DNA from: a virus
DNA length: 64,000 nucleotides
Reading direction: 5' to 3' (one strand)
Virus record (IMG/VR): IMGVR_UViG_3300028734_000012
Coordinates: 96,001 to 160,000 of that record
Below the pieces are notes generated by a model, which saw nothing but the letters and a program-made list of their open reading frames with translations, was not told the origin of the DNA and did no database searches. This document shows, one piece after another, positions 22,332-33,413 of this stretch. How positions within the stretch are numbered: the first letter of the stretch is position 1; each line of letters opens with the position of its first letter. Both the position numbers and the translations under genes were made by a program.

Positions 22332-24302
22332 ATGGATATTAATGATAAAATGGTAAGTGTATTGTCGGAAACAATTGTTGATTCAGTTAATAAAGCGGTA
22401 GAAAATATCGATTATGATAAAAGTTTTAAAGCAATTGTTACGGCAGTACTAGGAAATAATCAATATAAAGTTGCATTTAATGGAGCAGAATATAATATTC
22501 CTGCTGGAATTAAAAATACAACATTTAAAATAAATGATTCAGTATGGGTTATGATACCACAAAATAGATGGGCTGATATGTATATATCTTCTAGTGTAAT
22601 ACCTAGCGCTACTGTGTTGCCAACACCTAATACTTGGATTGCTACAGCTACTACAATGGGAGATAGCAATTGGGGATACTATTTAACTATACCCAATTTT
22701 GTATTTACAGAGGGTTGTCAAGTAACATTTAAAGCCCCTATTGCTCCAATAGAAGGAATTTGGATATATGTAAGTATACCAAATGTTACTACATTTGGTA
22801 TCCGTAAATTAAATGGGGAGTACCCAACAAGTGATAGTTGGGTAGCTAATGCAATGGTTACAGTGACTTTATCATCATCAGTAGTTTTAGATTATGGTAG
22901 TGGCTCTGCCCGTGGTGGTACAGCTTTTTTTAAAGGTGGCGCAGGAAGTATAAAAGATATGTATGACTTCCCATTAAGTATACAGACAGCCACACCTACG
23001 CCTGTGAATACTAATCATATATGGATAGCAAATGACACTAAGAGGATTTTAGTTATTGATGAAGCCGTCAGAGCAGGATATGATAATTATTATTGCGCTA
23101 AAACTAGTAACACAAATAATAAATACTTAAATCTTGTAACTACAAAAAAAACTACAGACGGTACAAAAATAACTATGTTCGATAACTATATTAATAGAGA
23201 TGCTACCCCTTGGACTACTGCAAATAATGTAGCTTTTACAAATGGAAGTACCATAACTTCTTTATCTCAATTTCCTTTAATATATAGTAAAGTTAATGGT
23301 GCTGTTGATATGGAAACAGCTTATAGATGGGATGGTTCTGCTTGGCAATATTTAAGTCAAAAAGGTAAATATGTATTTTCTGGATTTACTGGTGCATCAC
23401 CATATAATCATATGTATAATAGAAGTGGAAACGTTTTAATTCAACATTCAGATATTATAGTGCCATATAGTTATCCTATCTATTCAAAATTTTCACCAGA
23501 TGGAGTATATTTATTTGTTTCGATATACAGTTCCCCATATTTATATGCATTTAAAAGAATTGGAGATACTTTTACACAAATTACCTTTAATTTACATTTA
23601 CAAAATTATATATTTGATATACAGTTTAGCCATGATGGTAATTACGTAGCACTTTGTACCTATTCTTTAGCTACATGTGATATTTATAAAAAACAACCAG
23701 ACGGTTCTTGGGTATTTTTAACTTCACTTTCTGGTCAATATACATATTGTTGTGCGTGGTCACAAGACGATAGTTATCTTTCATTTAGTGGAAGATACAA
23801 TTATATATATCTGTATAAAAAATCTGGTGATACATTTACATATTTAACAATTAATGTTATTGGGACGGCATCATCTTCATATTATAAATACAAAATGGAA
23901 TATGATAGTACTGGAAATTTTATTGTATGTACATCTAACACCACACCATATATAAATTTATTGTATAAAACTTCTGAAACTACTTTTAATGTAATGGCAA
24001 CAACTAACTATGGAGTACCATCCCAATATACAAATGTTAAGTTCCTACCAAATAACTATATAGTATTAGGGGCTGGTGGTTATTTATATATATATTCATA
24101 TACATATAATACTTTCACATATATTAATACAATTGTAGTTGGTACTAATGTTAGTTCTTTAGATGTGAATAATACTGGGACTTATTTAATAGTTGGTGGT
24201 ACTAATTATATGTATATGTATTCTATAAGTGGGGCAACACTTACATTAGTTAATACTATAGCTATATCTGGTACTGGGTATGGATGTACCTTATTAAATT
24301 AA
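22332..24302 (+). CDS. Tail spike/receptor-binding protein: OB-fold-like N-terminus, knob domain, C-terminal beta-propeller
   Basis: First gene after the TMP; WD40/YVTN-like blades (FSPDG, FSHDG, WSQDD, YDSTG); AFFKGG linker. Confidence 0.65.
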   Translation: MDINDKMVSVLSETIVDSVNKAVENIDYDKSFKAIVTAVLGNNQYKVAFNGAEYNIPAGIKNTTFKINDSVWVMIPQNRWADMYISSSVIPSATVLPTPNTWIATATTMGDSNWGYYLTIPNFVFTEGCQVTFKAPIAPIEGIWIYVSIPNVTTFGIRKLNGEYPTSDSWVANAMVTVTLSSSVVLDYGSGSARGGTAFFKGGAGSIKDMYDFPLSIQTATPTPVNTNHIWIANDTKRILVIDEAVRAGYDNYYCAKTSNTNNKYLNLVTTKKTTDGTKITMFDNYINRDATPWTTANNVAFTNGSTITSLSQFPLIYSKVNGAVDMETAYRWDGSAWQYLSQKGKYVFSGFTGASPYNHMYNRSGNVLIQHSDIIVPYSYPIYSKFSPDGVYLFVSIYSSPYLYAFKRIGDTFTQITFNLHLQNYIFDIQFSHDGNYVALCTYSLATCDIYKKQPDGSWVFLTSLSGQYTYCCAWSQDDSYLSFSGRYNYIYLYKKSGDTFTYLTINVIGTASSSYYKYKMEYDSTGNFIVCTSNTTPYINLLYKTSETTFNVMATTNYGVPSQYTNVKFLPNNYIVLGAGGYLYIYSYTYNTFTYINTIVVGTNVSSLDVNNTGTYLIVGGTNYMYMYSISGATLTLVNTIAISGTGYGCTLLN

Positions 24303-24317
24303 TGAAAGGAGATATTA

Positions 24318-24623
24318 ATGTTTTATTATACATACGATATTAATGGTTACGTATTATCTAAATCAAATATACAACCAATTGATACTAAATATGGAATACA
24401 TGCAATAGATTTTGATTTAGATAACTATGATATAATTATTGGTTCAATAGACGAAAACTATAATATTACATTTTATACTCAAAATCCAAAACCAACAGCA
24501 ATACTAATACAAAACTTAACAATTTTAAAATCTAATTTATTAGATAGCGATAATATTATGCTAGATTTAGATTATAGATTAACATTACAAGAAAATGGAT
24601 TGAAAGAAAGTGATATTACATGA
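24318..24623 (+). CDS. Tail fibre-associated small protein (XkdW-like position)
   Basis: 101 aa with C-terminal coiled coil, followed by an XkdX-like gene. Confidence 0.5.
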   Translation: MFYYTYDINGYVLSKSNIQPIDTKYGIHAIDFDLDNYDIIIGSIDENYNITFYTQNPKPTAILIQNLTILKSNLLDSDNIMLDLDYRLTLQENGLKESDIT

Positions 24624-24766
24624 CATATAAATTGATTAAAAAGGTTATCGAAAATGGAGTTTACGATAAAGTTGATATCCAAAATAAGTTAGATGTTTTT
24701 ATGACATTTAATCGTATCACGCAAGAAGAATATACTGAATTACAAAATTTAATAAACACGAAATAA
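24620..24766 (+). CDS. XkdX-like small protein (48 aa; not in the ORF track)
   Basis: MTYKLIKKVIENGVYDKVDIQNKLDVFMTFNRITQEEYTELQNLINTK; ITQEEY motif; ATGA overlap. Confidence 0.75.
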   Translation: MTYKLIKKVIENGVYDKVDIQNKLDVFMTFNRITQEEYTELQNLINTK

Positions 24767-24799
24767 GAGTTTCATTTAATTTAGAAAGGGGGTTTAATT

Positions 24800-25963
24800 A
24801 TGGCATCACCATTATTATACCAAATAGTTCCATTTGATGCTAAATCAGCATTTGACTTTGTATTTTCATATAGTGCTAGTCAGATTTTTAAGAATAGATT
24901 AATCGTAAAAAACAATGTTACAAACGTAACTGTATATGATGTGACTACTGAAAGTAGACAATTACTATGTGAATTACCAGCAAATACATTAGTAAATGGG
25001 ACTGCTTATAATGCACAATTATCCGTATTTGATTCAAGTAACAATGAAAGTACATTAAGTAATATTATATCATTTACTTGCTACGCTATGCCAGTTCTAA
25101 TATTTAGTAATTTAGTTGCTAATCAAGTATTGGATAATTCTTATTATACCTTTACATTAAGTTATACACAAGCACAAGATAGAATACTAAATAATTATAA
25201 GATGACTTTATATAACAGTAACAGTTCTGAAATATTCAACACTGGTACTATTTATAACACGACTTCTTTATCACAAATAATTAAAAATTTTGATAATAAT
25301 ACAAATTATTTTGTTAAGGGTGACGGAGAAACAGTAGATGGTATGACATTTACTACTGGATTAGTTAGGTTTAATGTCCAATATATTACACCAGTAGTAT
25401 TCTCAATGATAGAACCAGAAAATATGCCATTACTAGGAGAAGTTAAGATTACTTCAAATTTGTTATCAATTGATGGTTGGTCTAATCCAGACCCACCTAC
25501 ATATATTGGTAATAACCTTGTGGATTTATCCACTCCTAATACTTGGGTTATATTTGATAAAGGGTTTGACTTAACTAATAATTTTTTATTACAAATTAAT
25601 CTTAGAAGTTTAACTCCTAATCAAATGTTTGCTGAATTTTCTAATAGTTTATGTTCTTTCCAATTATATTATATGGAATCTACATTTTCTGATTCAGATG
25701 GTTTGGTTGGATATATTAATTTAAAAACAAAAGGGAACGCATTAACATATACTATAAATAGTCAATATATTAAACCAATGAGTATATATGGGTATATTTA
25801 CAATATTTGGATAAGAAAAGTAAATAATATATATGATTTAAAAGTAGCAAGTTTATCTATTACAATAGATGATATTAATGCTATGCATTCTACAATTAAT
25901 GATATTATAGAAAAGGATGTTCATATTGCTACATTTGATAGTGATATGCAAAATATTATATAA
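24800..25963 (+). CDS. Baseplate/tail protein with FN3-like domains
   Basis: LVNGTAYNAQLSVFD and FDNNTNYFVKG FN3-like strands; tail module. Confidence 0.55.
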   Translation: MASPLLYQIVPFDAKSAFDFVFSYSASQIFKNRLIVKNNVTNVTVYDVTTESRQLLCELPANTLVNGTAYNAQLSVFDSSNNESTLSNIISFTCYAMPVLIFSNLVANQVLDNSYYTFTLSYTQAQDRILNNYKMTLYNSNSSEIFNTGTIYNTTSLSQIIKNFDNNTNYFVKGDGETVDGMTFTTGLVRFNVQYITPVVFSMIEPENMPLLGEVKITSNLLSIDGWSNPDPPTYIGNNLVDLSTPNTWVIFDKGFDLTNNFLLQINLRSLTPNQMFAEFSNSLCSFQLYYMESTFSDSDGLVGYINLKTKGNALTYTINSQYIKPMSIYGYIYNIWIRKVNNIYDLKVASLSITIDDINAMHSTINDIIEKDVHIATFDSDMQNII

Positions 25964-25974
25964 AGGAGAAATAT

Positions 25975-27561
25975 ATGTCAAGTACAAATAAGACATCTGG
26001 CTTAGACTTAACACAATATATTGGTGTTGACATTTTTAATCCTTTAGAAGATTACAATGTTGATATGGGTAAATTGGATACTAAAATAACAGCCCTATCA
26101 AATACAGTACCTATGAAAACTATAGCAGACATAACATATTATGTTTCTACAACAGGATTATACACAAATGATGGATTAACAAGTGGCACATCATTTCCCA
26201 CAATTAAGTATGCTATTGATAAAATACCACAAGTTGTTAATCATGTTATTACAATTAATGTAGCGGCAGGAACTTACCCAGAAGATATAGTAATAAGCGG
26301 ATTTTCTGGTAAAGGGTCTATATACCTTATCGGGTCATCCACACTAGAAACTGCCTCAAATTACAATGTATTAAGTTGTGAAATTGATAATTGTAGTTGT
26401 GTTGTTGAGGTTAAGGGGCTTAATTTTACAAGTATTCTAAAACCAAGTTTTTGTGGAAACTATTGTATGAATGTTAGACTATTCTATACTAAAGCTATTT
26501 CTATATCTGATACTGGCGTACTTATTGTTGGTTCAAAATCAGTCATTGCTTTTTGTATTATATCAAATAAGAAACAAGCGATAGGCGCTGATAGTAACTC
26601 GGAAGTATATACAACAGAGGTATCTGGTATAAATAATATAGTTTCCTATTCATCACTCGCAAACTGTAAGATAACCGCTATGAGTATAATGGGACAGTTA
26701 TCTGGACGTATTAACATGCAATATGGTGGAGAAATTATTGGTTCTGATGGTAAGTCTACAAGTGGTTATAGCCCTAACCTGTTAATTAATGGGGATTTTA
26801 AAGTCTGGCAACGTGGAACAACATTCAATTTAGCAACTGGGGGATATACAGCAGACAGGTGGAAGATATATACTGACAGTTCAATGACAAATGTTGCCTA
26901 TTCTGCAAAACTGTATTGTTTAAACAGACTTGGTGGAAACGGAACATTTAGTGCTATATGTCAGTTCATAGAAGATTTAAGTATTATTGGTAAAACTGTT
27001 ACTATGTCTGCAATGATTGACGGAGTTGTTTATTCAGTTACAACTGTCTTAGGCTCACAACAAAGCTTCATTGTTAAGTCTGGAATTTTGGAATTTGATA
27101 TTGGAACAGCGATTTATAGTAATGTAAATCCTGCCGTAAATATAGCGTTTCTTGATAAACTTGACCACCAAGTATCATGGGTGAAGCTTGAAGTAGGTTC
27201 TGTCCCTACACCATATGTTCCCCGTCCAATAGCAGAGGAACTTGCAATGTGTCAGAGATATTTTATTTCATGCAAGAAGGGCTGGGAATCAACTAATGTC
27301 TACCAAATAAGTTTGAATGACATATATGCTAATTTTAATATCCCAGAAATGCGTGTTGTTCCGACTGTTAATGTTGATGGTTCTAAGATTTATGTTAGCG
27401 GTCAGAATACTAATGGAATAACAGGGTTTACTATAGATTCACATGGAGCAAGCATGGCTCTTATTTCTTTGCATGTAGTAAGCACTAATAATTCTGTTAA
27501 CGTGTATGGTTTACAAATAGCTGTAGATGGTGCTATAACTCTTGATTCAGAAATATACTAA
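25975..27561 (+). CDS. Tail fibre / receptor-binding protein, paralog A
   Basis: YYVS..G...NDGLT, beta-helix-like middle, NLLINGDFKVWQRG, ELAMCQRY, LDSEIY end. Confidence 0.75.
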   Translation: MSSTNKTSGLDLTQYIGVDIFNPLEDYNVDMGKLDTKITALSNTVPMKTIADITYYVSTTGLYTNDGLTSGTSFPTIKYAIDKIPQVVNHVITINVAAGTYPEDIVISGFSGKGSIYLIGSSTLETASNYNVLSCEIDNCSCVVEVKGLNFTSILKPSFCGNYCMNVRLFYTKAISISDTGVLIVGSKSVIAFCIISNKKQAIGADSNSEVYTTEVSGINNIVSYSSLANCKITAMSIMGQLSGRINMQYGGEIIGSDGKSTSGYSPNLLINGDFKVWQRGTTFNLATGGYTADRWKIYTDSSMTNVAYSAKLYCLNRLGGNGTFSAICQFIEDLSIIGKTVTMSAMIDGVVYSVTTVLGSQQSFIVKSGILEFDIGTAIYSNVNPAVNIAFLDKLDHQVSWVKLEVGSVPTPYVPRPIAEELAMCQRYFISCKKGWESTNVYQISLNDIYANFNIPEMRVVPTVNVDGSKIYVSGQNTNGITGFTIDSHGASMALISLHVVSTNNSVNVYGLQIAVDGAITLDSEIY

Positions 27562-27594
27562 AATAAAACAACTTAAAAAGAAAGGGGTGAATAT

Positions 27595-29235
27595 ATGTCA
27601 AGTACACATAAAACAGACAATGTGCCTTTAACACAGTATGTAGGTATAGATATCTTTAATCCACTAGAGGATTATAATGTTGATATGTTTAATATATCAA
27701 GTGCAATAGGTTGGATATATGATGATTTTGATGCATTAGACAATAAGTATCCATTAAAAACTGTTGAAGATATTACATATTATGTTTCTAAAGGGACTGG
27801 ATTAGATGATGAAAATGACGGATTAACTTCTGACACAGCATTTTATAGTATAGCTAAAGCAATAAGTATGATTCCTCAAATTGTGAATCATAATGTAACT
27901 ATTAATGTTGCCGCAGGAACTTACATAGAAGATGTCACACTCGAAGGATTTGTAGGTAAAGGGACGATTACATTAAAAGGTTGCGAAGCTTTAGGTTCAC
28001 CAACGGAGTATAAAGTTAATAGCGTATTAGTACAAAGATGTACAGTATTAGTTTCAGTAATTGGTTTAAATGCTGTGTCTTTTAAAACAGGGTTTGGTTC
28101 ATTTACTTCAACCCTATGTTCAGAAGTGTATATTAATACATGTATATCTACATATATAGATGCAACAAAACCTCATTTTGGTATTTTATCATGGGGTTCA
28201 ATCACATATGTAATTAATAGTACATTTTCAAATTCTAATGGGATATACACAGGACTTGGTGGGACTTTATATTTAGAATCAGTATCTGGGACTAATAATC
28301 TTGTTGGTATTACTGTAGCTAATGGAAGTACAGCTATTAAGTCATTTGGTGTTATTATTACTGGCAACATAGACACCAGTATTCAAGCTGGAAGTCAAAT
28401 TATAGGTTCTGATGGTAAGTCTACAAGTGGTTATAGTCCTAATTTACTTATTAATGGAGACTTTAAGATTAATCAAAGAGCATTATCTAGTTATACAACT
28501 GCCAATGCTTATTCTGTTGATAGATGGTTAAATTATGGTGTTAGCACAACTATAACACCTATAACAAATGGATTGACAATTTCATGTTTGTCAACTAGTG
28601 ATAGCAATCTAATCATGCAATCAGTAGAAGATTATGCTAAGTTCTCTGGTAAGACTGTTACATTGTCAGTAAAATATAGTGCTTTGTCTTTAGGGACAAA
28701 TACTAAAATGACATTAGCTATTAGTGATGGCATTAGTATGTATTCTGTTGATACAACTCAATCAAGTGGTATCATTAGCGTTACGCATATACTTCCAAGT
28801 AATATTACAAAATTATGTGCGACACTGGTTAAATATGGAAACGGAACATCATTTTCAGTAAATGTAGAATGGGCTAAACTTGAATTAGGTTCTGTACCTA
28901 CACCTTTTGTTCCACGTCCAATAGCAGAAGAACTTGCAATGTGTAAGAGGTATTATGAATCATTTCTTTGTACTTCTATTGTTACGGATAACTCATATGG
29001 AACGTATCGCTACTGCTCTAGTATACCCTTGGTAGAGAAAAGAATATTTCCAACTCTAAAATTTGATTCAGCAAATATTCTTAATATTGTTATACTTAAT
29101 GCATCGCAAATTAGTTATGATAGTTCTGCTTCTAATAAATCATCAATACTTCCAACGGTTTTACAATCAGCTTTTACTACTACTGGAGCTAATGGGGTTA
29201 TTTTTATAGGTTCAGCAGATGCAGAAATTTATTAA
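27595..29235 (+). CDS. Tail fibre / receptor-binding protein, paralog B
   Basis: Same architecture as paralog A (TQY.G.DIFNPLEDYNVDM, NLLINGDF, ELAMC.RY, ADAEIY). Confidence 0.75.
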   Translation: MSSTHKTDNVPLTQYVGIDIFNPLEDYNVDMFNISSAIGWIYDDFDALDNKYPLKTVEDITYYVSKGTGLDDENDGLTSDTAFYSIAKAISMIPQIVNHNVTINVAAGTYIEDVTLEGFVGKGTITLKGCEALGSPTEYKVNSVLVQRCTVLVSVIGLNAVSFKTGFGSFTSTLCSEVYINTCISTYIDATKPHFGILSWGSITYVINSTFSNSNGIYTGLGGTLYLESVSGTNNLVGITVANGSTAIKSFGVIITGNIDTSIQAGSQIIGSDGKSTSGYSPNLLINGDFKINQRALSSYTTANAYSVDRWLNYGVSTTITPITNGLTISCLSTSDSNLIMQSVEDYAKFSGKTVTLSVKYSALSLGTNTKMTLAISDGISMYSVDTTQSSGIISVTHILPSNITKLCATLVKYGNGTSFSVNVEWAKLELGSVPTPFVPRPIAEELAMCKRYYESFLCTSIVTDNSYGTYRYCSSIPLVEKRIFPTLKFDSANILNIVILNASQISYDSSASNKSSILPTVLQSAFTTTGANGVIFIGSADAEIY

Positions 29236-29254
29236 AAAAGGAGAACTACAAATA

Positions 29255-29917
29255 ATGGAAATTAATATACAAACACACAAAGCTTATGCTAGTGTAGATT
29301 CTAATAATATTGTAACTAAATTATTCTCTGATGTTTTTATACAACCAACTGATACGGACGTATTAATCATTGAAGGACAAGGAGATTCTGTAGTTTATAT
29401 ACAAAATAGTTATACATTGATGGATGAAAATCAATGTTATAATTATAAAATAGTTGATGGAAAAATAGTCACTAGAGATTTAGAAGAAAAACAATCTGAT
29501 GTTGATTATATAAATCGTGTGAAAATACAAAAATTACAAGAGATATCAAATGCTTGTGAGAAAACAGTATATGCAGGAACTGATGTGACTACATCTTTAG
29601 GTGTAGAACATTTTTCTTGTACTGCAAATGACCAAACTAACATTTCGGCTTCTGCTTCTGCCGTATTACAAGGGGCAACGCAAATCCCATATCATGCTGA
29701 TGGTAAATTATGTAGAGTATTTAGTGGTGAAGAAATCACTAATTTATATACAAGCGTTAAGTTATTTGTTACATATCAAGTTACATTCTGTAATCACTTA
29801 AATATTTGGATTAAACGTTGTACGACAATTGATGAATTGAACTCTATAACATATACTTCTAAACTCCCAAGTGATTTATTAGAAAATTTTAATACTATTA
29901 TGGGTATAGTAGAATAG
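29255..29917 (+). CDS. Tail fibre assembly protein (DUF4376-like)
   Basis: Start ATG 29255 (SD AAGGAG); HFS....DQTNI and YHADGKLCRVFS motifs; follows the fibre genes. Confidence 0.6.
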   Translation: MEINIQTHKAYASVDSNNIVTKLFSDVFIQPTDTDVLIIEGQGDSVVYIQNSYTLMDENQCYNYKIVDGKIVTRDLEEKQSDVDYINRVKIQKLQEISNACEKTVYAGTDVTTSLGVEHFSCTANDQTNISASASAVLQGATQIPYHADGKLCRVFSGEEITNLYTSVKLFVTYQVTFCNHLNIWIKRCTTIDELNSITYTSKLPSDLLENFNTIMGIVE

Positions 29918-29924
29918 AAAGAAT

Positions 29925-30344
29925 ATGAAAAAGTTATTCGAAAATTTAATTTTGTTTTTAATTGGTGGTAGCATTTATTTCTTTTCTGAATGTATATTCA
30001 GAGGTTATTCGTTTATGCCTATGTTTATCGTAGGCGGTATATCGTTTCTATGTATAGGAGCATTAAATAATACAGTGTTTAATTGGAACACACCTTTATT
30101 AATACAACAATTTATATCAATGCTTATTATTACTTCTTTAGAATTTGCAAGTGGTATGATATTGAACGTTTATATGGGATTAAATATGTGGGATTATTCT
30201 AACCAATGGGGGAACATTTATGGACAGATTTGTCCAAAATTTATGATAATCTGGTTCTTTGTTTCTCTTATTGGTATTATTTTAGATGATATTATTAGAT
30301 GGAAACTGTTTAAAGAAGAAAGACCGCATTATCAATTATTATGA
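29925..30344 (+). CDS. Membrane protein (CmpB/TMEM229-like putative permease family)
   Basis: Four hydrophobic segments; GG..Y...E...RG, EF.SG..LN, WDYS....N..GQIC motifs. Confidence 0.7.
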   Translation: MKKLFENLILFLIGGSIYFFSECIFRGYSFMPMFIVGGISFLCIGALNNTVFNWNTPLLIQQFISMLIITSLEFASGMILNVYMGLNMWDYSNQWGNIYGQICPKFMIIWFFVSLIGIILDDIIRWKLFKEERPHYQLL

Positions 30345-30362
30345 AAGAATAGGGGGTGTAAT

Positions 30363-31265
30363 ATGGTATTTTTAGGTAATTCATTTTTCTTAGGGCAAAA
30401 GTGTATGAGAACTACCCCATCAAGTATTTCTCATATTGTAAAAATTAAATTACAAAATGGTATGTTCGATGAAGTATATATTGGTAAGGATACAAATACA
30501 ACATATACAACAGATATAAATCCTACATGGGATTATAATACACTTTTACACGCATTTTTCAATGGTAATTTATATGCTGGTAATGTAGATTTCCAATTAT
30601 CACAAGTAAGTTCTATAAGAATAAAACGTAGAGTAACTGGTGAATATGAGTATACTACATTATTTGAGATACCTATTAAGGTAGAATCAGATTTACGTTT
30701 TACAAGATATGATAGATTAGCACAATCTGGAATACAGTATGATTACATAAGCGTTCCAGTACTAAATAACGTAGAAGGTAACTCTAGTGTTAAGAGCGTT
30801 TTAAGTCAATTTGAAGGTGTATTTATTGTTGGTAAAGACCAAACATTCAATACAATATTAAATGTTGCAATCACTTCACAAAAGAATAGACCATCTTCCA
30901 TTATCAATACAATAGATAGAAAATATCCATATGTTGTTTCTAATGGATTAAATAATTATTATAGCGGTACAACAACTGGTATGTTCTTAGAAACAGAAAC
31001 AGATAATTTCACATGGAAATATTATGATGGGTGGAAACATAGAGCCGATTTAATGGATTTTTTATGTGATGGTAAGCCTAAAATTCTAAAGCATTATGAT
31101 GGAAGAATTTGGATGATATCTGTTGTTGAAAATCCAACCGAAACAGTACAAGAACAAAATGATATTGTAATTACTTCATTTAACTGGACTGAAAGTGATG
31201 ATTATAATTCAACTAATGCGTTATATAATGGTGGGTTTATTGAAGTTAATGTTGAGGGGAGATGA
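30363..31265 (+). CDS. Putative distal tail/baseplate protein
   Basis: 300-aa beta-rich ORF in the tail module; FL.DGKPKILK..DGRIW motif. Confidence 0.5.
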   Translation: MVFLGNSFFLGQKCMRTTPSSISHIVKIKLQNGMFDEVYIGKDTNTTYTTDINPTWDYNTLLHAFFNGNLYAGNVDFQLSQVSSIRIKRRVTGEYEYTTLFEIPIKVESDLRFTRYDRLAQSGIQYDYISVPVLNNVEGNSSVKSVLSQFEGVFIVGKDQTFNTILNVAITSQKNRPSSIINTIDRKYPYVVSNGLNNYYSGTTTGMFLETETDNFTWKYYDGWKHRADLMDFLCDGKPKILKHYDGRIWMISVVENPTETVQEQNDIVITSFNWTESDDYNSTNALYNGGFIEVNVEGR

Positions 31266-31271
31266 TAATCA

Positions 31272-32681
31272 ATGCCATATCAAGTACAGCAAGAAGACAT
31301 TAGATTATTAAAACAATCTCCAAAGACTAATTATGTTTCGTTAGAGTTACAAAATAACGTATTTAAAACAATAGATAAAATGGAAGGTCAACTTGTATCT
31401 GATTCATATACAATTGATGCAGATTCTGATATAAGAAGAACCTTTACACTTACATTAGTTGTAAGTGATTCAAGTTTTAACATAGGAGAAAATTCTAAAA
31501 TATGGTTGAATAAATATATTAAAATTACTATTGGTACTTTTAATTTAAGGACAGAATCAATCGTATGGTATCCCGTAGGTACATACCTATTTACAGATAC
31601 TAACTATAAATATGATTCAGTTTCTAATATATTAACATTAACTTGTGTAGATTTAATGAGTAAATTAACGGGATTAAGAAACGGGCAACTTACTGGTTTA
31701 ACTACCTCAATACCACAAGGTTCTGTACTTCGTGATACGATAATTTCAGTAATCACACAGTTAGGTGGATTCCCAAATTATAGAATTGAGGATGCTGGAA
31801 AACCAATACCATATGACTTGAATTTTTCAACTGGGGCAACTGTTTATGAAATTCTTACGACACTAAGAGACTTATATGCAGGATATGAAATGTTCTTTGA
31901 TATTGATAATGTGTTCGTATTTCAACCAATACCAACATGTAAAGATACAGATTATTTTTTAGTAGATACAGACTTAAAGGATTTAGTTATTTCAGAAGAA
32001 GTAAGTAACTCATTTTCTGATGTTAAGAATGTCACAGAAGTTTGGGGTCAAAACATTGAAGCTGATAGATATACTGACAGTGTAACTATGAGTGGAGATA
32101 CATATACTTTAACATTTACTTCCGCAATAGTTTTAAGTAATTATTTAGATATATCTTTTAAAGCATCAGCAAATAATGTTGCAAATGCAAAGATTAAATT
32201 TAACACAAGTACTGTATATAATATATTAGATGAAGATGGAGTAAATATTATAGCTAATAGGATTGTGGCAGGAAAAACGTATGTAGTTAGATATAGTAAT
32301 AGCACAGTTAAATTATTAGGTCAAAATCAAATATATGCTATTTGGAAAGATACCAACGCTGATAGTCCATATAACATTAATAAAATTGGTGAGATTTGTC
32401 AAATATTTAGCGGTGGTGACTATGAAAAAATATATTCTGACGACCTAGCTTTAGAACGTGCTAAATATGAAAACTGGTTAAAAACAAGATTACAAGATGC
32501 GACCGTGTTAGAAATGATTAATATACCTTGGATGGATGTAAATAAAAAGATTTTATACCAAAGTAAAGTAACAGGAGTAACACAAGGATATATAACTAAA
32601 TCAATTAATGGCTCAACAACAACTGGGACGATGACAACTAATATTATAAAATATTACCCATTGTATCCAGACATTATATAA
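31272..32681 (+). CDS. Putative baseplate hub/Tal-like protein
   Basis: IDADSDIRRTFTL, L.C.DLM..L.G, YEMFFD motifs; inserted knob domain similar to those in 22332 and 35621. Confidence 0.55.
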   Translation: MPYQVQQEDIRLLKQSPKTNYVSLELQNNVFKTIDKMEGQLVSDSYTIDADSDIRRTFTLTLVVSDSSFNIGENSKIWLNKYIKITIGTFNLRTESIVWYPVGTYLFTDTNYKYDSVSNILTLTCVDLMSKLTGLRNGQLTGLTTSIPQGSVLRDTIISVITQLGGFPNYRIEDAGKPIPYDLNFSTGATVYEILTTLRDLYAGYEMFFDIDNVFVFQPIPTCKDTDYFLVDTDLKDLVISEEVSNSFSDVKNVTEVWGQNIEADRYTDSVTMSGDTYTLTFTSAIVLSNYLDISFKASANNVANAKIKFNTSTVYNILDEDGVNIIANRIVAGKTYVVRYSNSTVKLLGQNQIYAIWKDTNADSPYNINKIGEICQIFSGGDYEKIYSDDLALERAKYENWLKTRLQDATVLEMINIPWMDVNKKILYQSKVTGVTQGYITKSINGSTTTGTMTTNIIKYYPLYPDII

Positions 32682-32696
32682 AAAGGAGATGAGTAA

Positions 32697-33392
32697 ATGG
32701 CTTATACTGATTGCCCACTAAGTACGCTACCAACTACTATTGATAGTTTTCCTAGAAGACAGGATTTAACCCTTGCAGATTTGTCATTAGTACAAAGTTT
32801 TGAAACAAAATATGCAAGTGGAGATTTTGCTGGCGCTAACCAAATTATAGAAGATAACCCAACTTTAAAATTAAAAATTAACAATGCAGAAACATGGAAT
32901 GAAATGAGAGATGCAATTATTGCATTAGAGCATATGTTCATGACTGACATTGAAGATTACATAACTAACGTAGCGCAATATCAAGGGACTTTTATACCAT
33001 CAAAATCATATAAAAAATACGATATAGTTGATTATGTATTTAATGATGCTGTTAATTGTTATATGGTAAAATATAACAATACACCAGTTGGTACACTTCC
33101 AACTGATTTAAACTATTTTGCACCACAAACTCTTAGAGGTTTACAAGGTGTAAGTGGTATTGGTCTATCATTTAAGAAATTATGGATTGATATAACTGAA
33201 TATAAGGTAGATGAAAGTGTGTCTTATTTAGGTGATATTTATCAATGTTTAATTCAAAATGTAGGACATAACCCATTAACTTCACCTACGTATTGGTTAA
33301 AAATTATGTACTTAACACCTCAAATTGTTACTAGCACAGATAAACCAACAAGTTTGAAATCTGGCGGCTATTGGTTTAAGATAGTTGCTTAA
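32697..33392 (+). CDS. Tail/baseplate protein with carbohydrate-binding-like repeats
   Basis: Y...D.V.Y repeats and P...P.YW motif. Confidence 0.5.
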   Translation: MAYTDCPLSTLPTTIDSFPRRQDLTLADLSLVQSFETKYASGDFAGANQIIEDNPTLKLKINNAETWNEMRDAIIALEHMFMTDIEDYITNVAQYQGTFIPSKSYKKYDIVDYVFNDAVNCYMVKYNNTPVGTLPTDLNYFAPQTLRGLQGVSGIGLSFKKLWIDITEYKVDESVSYLGDIYQCLIQNVGHNPLTSPTYWLKIMYLTPQIVTSTDKPTSLKSGGYWFKIVA

Positions 33393-33413
33393 TAGAAAGG
33401 GGATTAATATATT

